64,000 nucleotides of DNA from Penicillus capitatus (taxonomy: Eukaryota > Plantae > Chlorophyta), in the NCBI GenBank assembly GCA_965649825.1, contig OZ287694.1:2073292-2137291 (forward strand), in the 5' to 3' direction. Both the position numbers and the translations under genes were made by a program. A model generated the notes under the pieces. It searched no databases. It was not told where the DNA came from and saw only the letters and a list, made by a program, of their open reading frames with translations. The stretch's first letter is position 1, and each line of letters begins with the position of its first letter. Below, piece by piece: positions 56,101-64,000 of this stretch.

Positions 56101-58200
56101 AGAAACGATCATCAAATCAAGTCTATTAGTCATCATCCTGTGTGTTAACAAATCAAACGCACTTCTGCTTGCCCTCGTATTACACTGAAGAACTCTGAGG
56201 TTCTTCATGTCTAAGGTTTCGATGGCACCCTGGACTCAAAGCCAGGGGCTTTTCCCTTGGAGTTTGATGAGGTTATGAGATCCGCTTGATCTTCCCACGA
56301 AAGTTCACCCGTGTTCATATCGTCGTCATCGTCCTGTCTTCTCAATGCGCTCCTACGTCTGGGAGACTCTTCTCTCTCGGTAAACGTAGGTTCCCTCATA
56401 TAGGAATGTCTGGGTTTTGTGGGCACCATACATTCAGCAAATCCCTCCATTCCACTCGAGGCTCTCGGAGTAGTATTCCCTTCCCTTTCTGAGCACATCA
56501 TCAAGGGGTGATTTCCTCCACAACGGCAGCAGAGAGGCTTGTTTTAGCAGGTTGCTGCTATATGGGTTCCTCGTTGTCCACAATGGAAACAAGTCTTTTC
56601 GGCTCTGTTAAAGCGGGCCACCGTGTGGTAGCGGTACCCTATTCTTCGCGTGGCGCCGTCTTCCTTAATGATTCTTATCAGCTCTGGGATGAGCCAGATC
56701 TTCACCGATTTCGAGTTGATGTATTCCTCACCTGAGAAACTAGATGGATCTCTCTTCTTCATTTGAAGTCTTTGACAAACAACAATATGGTCCTTCACAG
56801 AATCGGATTCCGGCAATTTCTAGTAATGGCGGTTGCTTAACCAGATCGCTGTCACAATTTGATCCATTGTCAGGGGTAGATCTACTCCCTTGACTACTAC
56901 CGGTTCTTTGCCCTTTACTTCGGAGACTGAAAGGTCAAACATTTTGAATTCTCCGATACCATCAAGGAGGTTCGTACTATCTGCTGACATCTTGGCTTTT
57001 AGTTTATTTCTGACACCTTCGAAGTCTTTTTCGTTCACTTGTACATAATATGTCCCAAAACGGTCGGTACGTACGTCAGTGATCGGTAATCGATATTGGT
57101 CTTCGCTATGGCCTTGAGGTCTTCGCCACCGATGGAGCAATTAAGTGATTAGCCACAGCTCCTCCGGCAGATACCGCTCGGAATCATAAGGCCAAGTGGT
57201 CTTTTCTCAGAGCTTCACGGCGTTCAGCGATCTTCTTCATTGCGATTTTTCTTCCAACCATAAAAGAATGCCTTTCTACCTGTGCCTGTGTGGCAACCGA
57301 GTTCCTTCCACGAGTCAAACCTTTCTTTACTGCTTGAACGTACGTCGAACCAAGAGGAATAGGTCCAATATTTGACCCCATTTCACCAGATACATCGCCA
57401 ATACTACTATTGGTTTCCGCTAGGTCCAAAATCCTCCAGGCTTGGTAAGGAGGCTCCCATCCCCGCTTGTAGCCCCCTTATCTTCGAAGCAACCATCTTC
57501 AGTCTCTCTAGGGCTTCTAAAGCGTCGGACTTCTCAATGCATATTCCTTCACTTGCCGACTGAATCGCGCCTCGAGCTGCAGAGATTGCTGACTGCACTC
57601 TGTCCGTTACGCTTACCACTCCCAGCATCATTTCTCCTATTGAACCTTCCCTGAACACTTGTTCACCTTCAGATTCCGAAGACTGTGTCGGTCTTCGATT
57701 TCCGACCACAGGCGCATTTTCAGGCGGTCTTTCCTTGGGAACTCCTTTCGGCAGAGTCCGTGTTGAGCTCGGACCTTTATTATTCTCATCTGGCTGATGA
57801 TTTGACACGACGTTTGGAGCGACAGATTCCCTTGGCGTCCTTTCGGCCCTGGCGAGGAGTGCAGCGCATGCAGCTTGTGTTGTCTTTGCACGGCCAGTTG
57901 AAGCGTTGCACTTTCCGAGCACGGTCAGAAGAGTGCTCCGGTTCAATCTTTCAACGAATTTGATGTTCTGCTTTACCACAAGTCGAATATCAGCCGAGCC
58001 CTCAGCAAGCGCCACAAAACGAGCGACCTCCGGGTCTCTGCCAGATCCCGGGTCGGGTGGAATTGCTTTCTTGTCCATTGGTGGTGCAGAAGAGTTGGTT
58101 AGAGAGACGCACGTCAAGCACAGAAGTGGCGCGAGACGCAAATGCGTAAACGGAACAAATTAAAACATCTCAACAGAGCTTAGCTAACGCTTAAAGTCTT
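53170..58200 (-). mobile_element. Degenerate non-LTR retrotransposon (LINE): gag-like ORF1 with CCHC knuckle; ORF2 with APE endonuclease, RT, RNase H-like region and C-terminal zinc finger
   Basis: ORF1 CFHCGQRGTHIAATC. Endonuclease LRVLQCNT...VSDPP, IGGEFNA and SWIDLTL...SDHRMI. RT QFGFRSGRST, FIDIKAAFDSV, GTPQGSP, ADDMVI and KYLGL. C-terminal CVC...DRDHLVLKCP. Many frameshifts and stops; a short (CT)n 3' end. Confidence 0.9.
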
Positions 58201-59390
58201 TTTCTTTTGGCTGATCTAGAGTCCATTAAGAGACGAGGAGCCTTTCAACGATTGCTAAGGACAAGATGAAACAGAATGTAAAGGATATTGATAACTCGCT
58301 CTGTGGATGTGGCGGAGCAGTACTAAATGGAGAGACAAATTTCAAACAGTATCACAGCCAGCGTCTTTATCAATGAGTTAGAGAGGCTTAAGGAAGTAGT
58401 GGTCAAGAGATGCGTAAAATGCTGCGCAAAGACAAGTATTTGTCATTCCTGCCCAGACAGAAACGGCAGAGTCTGCAGATCTGCGAACTGAAGATAACAA
58501 ACAGTAAGGCAGCATCCTGGTGCAGTCTGTATAATGCCAGCGTCATCTACGATTTCTGGTCCAGCCTCAACTCAGAAGCGCTAAGGCAGGAGAAGACAGA
58601 AGTCTCAATCCTTTTGATGCACGAAGGAGGACAGGTAGTCAGTTGCTGGATGGTTCGGCGGTCGGGGACACAACTTCGTGTCAGCTTCTCGAGGCAGAAG
58701 AGGCGTCTATCTGCTCACCTCCAGTCCGCGTTGCTTGCAGTCCGACCACCGCTGGTTCTCGGCCATTCGGCCCTGGCAACGTCATCTCCTTCAATGCACA
58801 TCCACATGAGGGAAGGAATCGATAAGTTTGACGCCGATGGGTTCAGATGCCTGTGTCCCCAGCTTCAAACACAACCTCCCCGTCCTGCACTTTACATATC
58901 GCCCTTAAGTAAGTCTGTCTTGCAATACCTTTAAGCATCGTTGTGGCGGCAGACGGATGGTGGTGTCTGTGGTGGCCGGCATCGTGACGGGATTGCTTTG
59001 GATCACGGGGTTGAAGGAATTCATGATGTAAGTTGTTGTTTCTTGGACTGGTGCTTGACGGAATACCGCCATCTGTGTAACAAACGTGTGACGGGTATGC
59101 TGGGTTTCGTGTTCGGAAGTACCATTGTGCATGGAAAGTGCCGCTGAAATCGACATGATAGGAGCTCGATTCGAATGCAGCTGCATCACGTCGCGTTTCG
59201 TCTGGACGAGTTCCCTGGAGAGAATGCGAACGGAGTTTGTATCTCCACGCTTCGCCGCTTCGGCACCGACTGTTCGGTTTTTTCTGCTGACGCTTGAGTC
59301 CAGAATACGTCTTCATGCGTCGTCGCGATGAAGCGCCGCGTTCATTTTCGCCCGAGATGCGACTCATTTGATCCGTAGCTGCAATCATCG

Positions 59391-61262
59391 ATGGACGTCG
59401 CGCGCAAAGTGGCAGAGGTTTTCTCGGCGATGGAAGCCGCGACGAAGGTGGCGATCTTTGCGCAGCCTGACGGAGCGGACTCGATCGCCGCCTACGGAAT
59501 CCTGAAGGTGCGCATCGCTCGCTGTGCGTGCGGCAATGAAATGGGACGTCGTAGATGCTGCTGTTCTACTGCTGCCGCGACGTGGAAGCGTACACGGACT
59601 GCACTTCGGCCGAGATCGTCCACCACCGTCTCACGGCCGCGGAAGACAAGGCAGCTTCGCTCTGGTTTCAGAGACGATGTGTGAGATGGTGTGGTCAGGA
59701 GATTGGGATGCTGTTTCTGGTGAACTGCTACCACGAGACGGTGAAGGAAGCTGTGAGGCAGCTGCCTCGACTCTCTGAGGCCGCGATCGTCGTTCTCGAC
59801 AGCCGGTGGCGCGAAGGAGGCAGACGGAGGGTGGAGACGCTCCGTTGCTCTTCCTCGGCGGCACCGGTGCGATCCCGATCAGCTCTGTGTCGCGACGAGG
59901 CGACGGGAGTACAGAGGAGGACGTCCTGCGTCGAGTCCACGAGCGCAGCCAGCGACTGGAGCTGCCGTGCTACAGGTACCAAGGCACGCCTGCCGCGCTC
60001 TGCGCCTACCACCTATGCATCTCCATGATGCCGAGCTTCCGGCATCCCAGTGTTCTCTGGTCTCCACCTGAACTCGAAGTCGTATGGTGCGACGAAGTGT
60101 GAGATGCAGGAGAGCGATGGTGGGCTGCGCGGACCTCTACCAGCAGAAACGGATACACCGGGACCAGTACATCCACCTCCACGAGTACCTGATGCAGGAG
60201 GTGTGACCGGTCACTCTTCTACTCTTTCCTCCCTCGCCTGTGACTGCAGGTGGAGTCCAGCACCGAGCAGATGGGCATCGAGTAGCACTCTCTTGTGATC
60301 TCGCCTGTGTGAGTCGGGTGATGCGGTGCAGGGAATCCCACGAGACCTGCCTGCACTTCTTCCAGCAGTCGAATCTGTGGGACGCCCTGCACATGAGTCC
60401 GCATCTCTATGAGAAGTTCGACGCCTCGGGATTCGAAGACTTCATCGCCAACGCGCTAGGATTCCCGCAGCACATAGCCGAGTACGCCTACTGTCCGATC
60501 TCACTATACGCTGGGTAGCTGCCCTGAAACTGTGCCCTGCAGACCAGTTTGTGACCGGACCTGGAAGAGAGATCTGGAGCGAGCTGCAGACGGCCGGCAA
60601 CCTCGTCGGCGTGCAGGACCTCGTGCTGCCCGGCTTCCAGAAGACGTTTCAGGACGGATACCTCGTCCACGCGATGGACCACGCCCTGGCCGTCAACCGT
60701 GAGTCAGCGCAGCAATAGCGCGACCTGAACGAGAGCGAGGTGCAATGCAGTGGCGCTGTGGCATCTGAGGGCGAAGCAGCACTGGCAGGAGACGATCTGC
60801 ATCCACGACATCTTCTGGTCCGTCGGGCATCGCGTCCTGAATTCGAGCCTTGCAGAGAATGAGGGTTGTCTGGATGTGTGAGGGGCGGGGAGGAAGCCAT
60901 AGGGAAGCCGCAGGACATGATCCCGCGCTACGTCGAGATCCTCAAATCGGACTGCGATTCCAGACGCCAAAAGTGTGACCCACGACGTCACGCATCTTTA
61001 CCTGATATGTTCTCTGCCGGTTCGAGGACGCGGAGGAAGGAGTCTCTGGAGTGAGAACATCCCTTCTGCCTCACTGGACACTCCCGCATCGGCAGTGCTG
61101 AATGTTTGCTTGCTGAAGACAGTAGCTTCGTTTAGTCAAAAGCAGATATTCTCCAAAGCATGTCGCCCGCGTACTTACTTGGTTGGCAGCGTCTCTCCGT
61201 CCGACGAGCGCATCTTTTGCCATGCAGGATTCGTTGCGCTGCAGAGACAGTTCAGGGCATGA
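59391..61262 (+). CDS. CDC45: Divergent CDC45-like replication factor, multi-exon; 3' end uncertain
   Basis: VAIFAQPDGADSIAAYGILK, MLFLVNC, IVVLDS, GTPAALCAYHL...LWRAMVGCADLYQQKRI, SNLWDALHMS and DLVLPGFQK...HAMD follow the CDC45 motif order. Confidence 0.7.
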
Positions 61263-61362
61263 TGCCTGTCTTTTCAGCCACTGTCTCGATCATTTAATAA
61301 TGACCGCGTTGGATCGGACCACACATTCTGCACGTTTTCATTCGGCATTTCTCGTTCACACG

Positions 61363-64000
61363 ATGCTACGATCTCTCTGTTATCTGAAACTCTGCATTCT
61401 GTGCGCTGCACTCGCACGAGGCGTTGCCATACCATTCGCAGCTGAAAGGGCGACCATGCGTCCGCCAGACGCCGGGTCGACGCACAACGGTTTAGTGCAT
61501 ACACTCTGTCGCAACTTCTAACCGTGCTGTCTGGCGTTTAGATCAAGCAGTCGGAAAACACCCACTAACGTTGACTGCGACGTCTACGGACTTCTCGGCG
61601 GAGCCCGTTCAAGACGTATGTTTGCGTTCGGTTGAGTTCGGCACTGAACACACATTCTCTGCTTCTAGACAGTAAACGCCGAGCGCCGTCTGCTTCAGTC
61701 TGACGCGTCAGGATACGACGGCATATCAGATGAGGGTACTTTCTCTCTCGCGCAGAGTTCGGTAGTCGAGTTGTTTCTGCTATGCTGTAGGTTTCAAATG
61801 CAACTTGACAAGCGAAGCCAGAGACAGGTACAAATTGGCAGATAACCAACCATGGCTCGTCGACGACGAAGTCCTCGAAGAGGTGAACAATGACTTGCAG
61901 TTGATTGTGAACTGCACCCGAGAAGGCGATGAAATTGCTTTTGACGTGACTGATGTCATCCAGCCACAATCCCTCGTCATTATCCCATGGCGGCTGACCT
62001 TGTCTTCACACGTCGAGGACGCCTCTGGCAGCGAAGACGCCTCGACCTCCAAGACGAAGACAAGATTCACATGTCCTCGAGAAAACACTGGCATCTTTGT
62101 CGTGCAGTAAGACCGCCTCGACTGATACACTTCTCTCACTCCTTGATACAGGGCCATGAGCATCACCTTTTCTGATCTTATCTTCGAGGGCTGCACAACT
62201 GACGGAAAGAATGAATCCGAGCCAATTGTCAGGGTCATGGGATGCAACAACCGAAACGTCTCCGGGATCGTTTCTCTGCTTCGCGTGACCTTTAGGAATA
62301 ACACACTCGTTGGTGCGTCGGGACTGCGTATGTCCGAGTCGTCGTGTTCCGAGTTGGAGATGGTGGACGTCGAAATTGCGGACAACGAGTGCTCGAGCGA
62401 CGGATGCGGCGTCTTCCTTGCGATGAACAGCAGTCTGGAGAACTGCGCCGCGTCTGGAAACAGAGTGGTCAAATCCGACGAGCAGATGTCGTCCTTGTTG
62501 TACGCTCCGGCGTCATCCAATACCACGATCCAAGGATTCGCGGCTTCCAGAAACAACATCACCGTCGTTCGACTTCGAGATGGCCTCCTTTCTCTGTCCA
62601 ACGCGTCGTTCATGTGGAATTCTCTGGACAATAAACACGGCAGCGAGATGAATGCCTCGTGTGTTCATTTGGACAGCTCGTATGTCGAAATCAGCAACTG
62701 CAGTTTCATCGCGAACGAAGGCTACAACAAATCAGCTATCTTTGCTGGAAAGTCAAACATATTTGTGTCTGGTTCAGAGTTCCGAAACAACGTCGGTTCT
62801 TGGAATGGCGGATTCATGTACGCGCAGAACACAAAAGTGACGCTGGAAAGCTCCTTTGCGACAAACAACAGCGCAGGCGCAAGAGGCGGATTCATTTACA
62901 CGTGGAACTCGACTGTGAAGTTGGAAAACACCACGGCGACAAACAACAATGCAATGGATAGTGGCGGATTCATCGCCGCGATTCGATCGACTGTGAAGCT
63001 GGAAAACACCTCGGCGAAAGACAACAGCGCACGAACAAGAGGCGGATTCATTTACACGCGGACTTCTAAAAACGTGACGCTAAAAAACACTGCTGCGACA
63101 AACAACAGTGCAGGGGGACTAGGCGGATTCATCACCGCGTTTCAATCGAACGTGACGCTGGAGAACACCACTTCGACGAACAGCAACGCACGGCGTGATG
63201 GCGGATTTATGTACGCGGGGAACTCGACTGTGAAGCTGGAGAACACCACTTCGACGAACAGCAACGCACGGCGTGATGGCGGATTTATGTACGCGGGGAA
63301 CTCGACTGTGAAGCTGGAGAACACCACTTCGACGAACAGCAACGCACAGCGTGATGGCGGATTTATGTACGCGGGGAACTCGACTGTGAAGCTGGAGAAC
63401 ACCACTTCGACGAACAGCAACGCACAGCGTGATGGCGGATTTATGTACGCGGGGAACTCGAACGTGACGCTGGAGAACACCACTTCGACGAACAGCAGCG
63501 TGGGGGTAGATGGTGGTCTTGTGTATGGAATCTCTTCAGAGCTGAGAATCACACTGTCACAATTCTCTTCGAGCAACTCTATCTCTGGAGGCTTTGTCGC
63601 ATTAGACAACAGCTCGATCTTCATGAATGACTCTGAGATTGTTGGAGGAAGATCCAAGAATGGCGGAGCAATTTGGATGGAAGCGTCCAACATGAAGGCG
63701 CGCAATCTCACTATAACTCACTGTCGCGCCGACAACTCCGGCGGTGGTGTGATGAGCCTTACACACTCGACGTTTCTTTGTGTCGACTGCAAGTTTGAAA
63801 ACAACTCGGCGGAGAAGGGGAACGGCGGTGCGGTTTTCTTCGATTCGCACCCCGATCAGAATCTGGCGCTGCAGATCGTCCAAAGCCGATTTGAAAACAA
63901 TGAGGCAGAACTCGGAGGTAGGACTTGCGAGAACGATAGGGGGACACTCTTGATACGTACATTTAGGCGGAGTCTTCTTCGAGTGTAGCGAGATAAGAGA
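61363..64000 (+). CDS. Secreted/surface parallel beta-helix protein with Pmp-like GG(F/A)I and FxxN repeats; continues beyond the window
   Basis: Signal peptide MLRSLCYLKLCILCAALARGVA, four short GT-AG introns, then a large exon 62151-63919 rich in N/S/T with GGFMYA and GGAVFF motifs. Confidence 0.8.
62786..63490 (+). repeat. Coding tandem repeat, 78-bp unit (26 aa): five diverged units then four near-identical units (63179-63490)
   Basis: Unit aacagcaacgcacggcgtgatggcggatttatgtacgcggggaactcgactgtgaagctggagaacaccacttcgacg encodes NSNARRDGGFMYAGNSTVKLENTTST. Confidence 0.93.

Noticed and set aside
58260-59388. ORFs 58410-58934 (+) and 58843-59388 (-) between the LINE and CDC45
   Set aside because: There are some intron-like signals, but no recognisable product or consistent spliced model.
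14974-61800. Introner-type mobile introns as the cause of the uniform intron length
   Set aside because: The introns I compared share no sequence similarity, except between duplicated genes, and have no terminal repeats.
1-64000. tRNA, rRNA or snoRNA genes
   Set aside because: I recognised no cloverleaf, rRNA or box C/D structure by eye; tRNAscan-SE or Infernal would be needed to exclude them.

Overview
This is eukaryotic nuclear DNA from a compact-genome green alga (Chlorophyta inferred from FLU, plastid Rps20, LTO1, nitrate reductase and ~45-60 nt introns; the species cannot be fixed from sequence alone). The window has two regimes. (1) A GC-rich, intron-dense, tightly packed core block at ~33.7-52.5 kb holds a MATH protein, a NAD(P)-binding/CIA30 protein, a KH protein, a cyclin, FLU, PRPS20, FTSH4, an MFS/OCT transporter, RBM22 and LTO1. 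(2) GC-poorer accessory zones at ~1.9-25 kb and 52.6-64 kb hold two TRP-like channels (one with a premature TGA), a 1562-aa NACHT-HEAT NLR-like protein, nitrate reductase, a secreted beta-trefoil plus aerolysin-like protein, a degenerate LINE, a divergent CDC45 and a beta-helix surface protein. eIF2B-gamma occurs three times in the window (two decayed copies in these accessory zones, the intact copy at 25.8-27.5 kb). A very young Ty3/gypsy element with identical LTRs and a TTATG target-site duplication sits at 27.9-33.2 kb. The best leads are an NLR-like receptor whose near-identical 111-bp HEAT repeats vary mainly on the predicted binding face, a nearby candidate pore-forming toxin, and an unusually high rate of weak-consensus GC-AG introns. 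All exon structures were assembled by hand and need RNA-seq confirmation.
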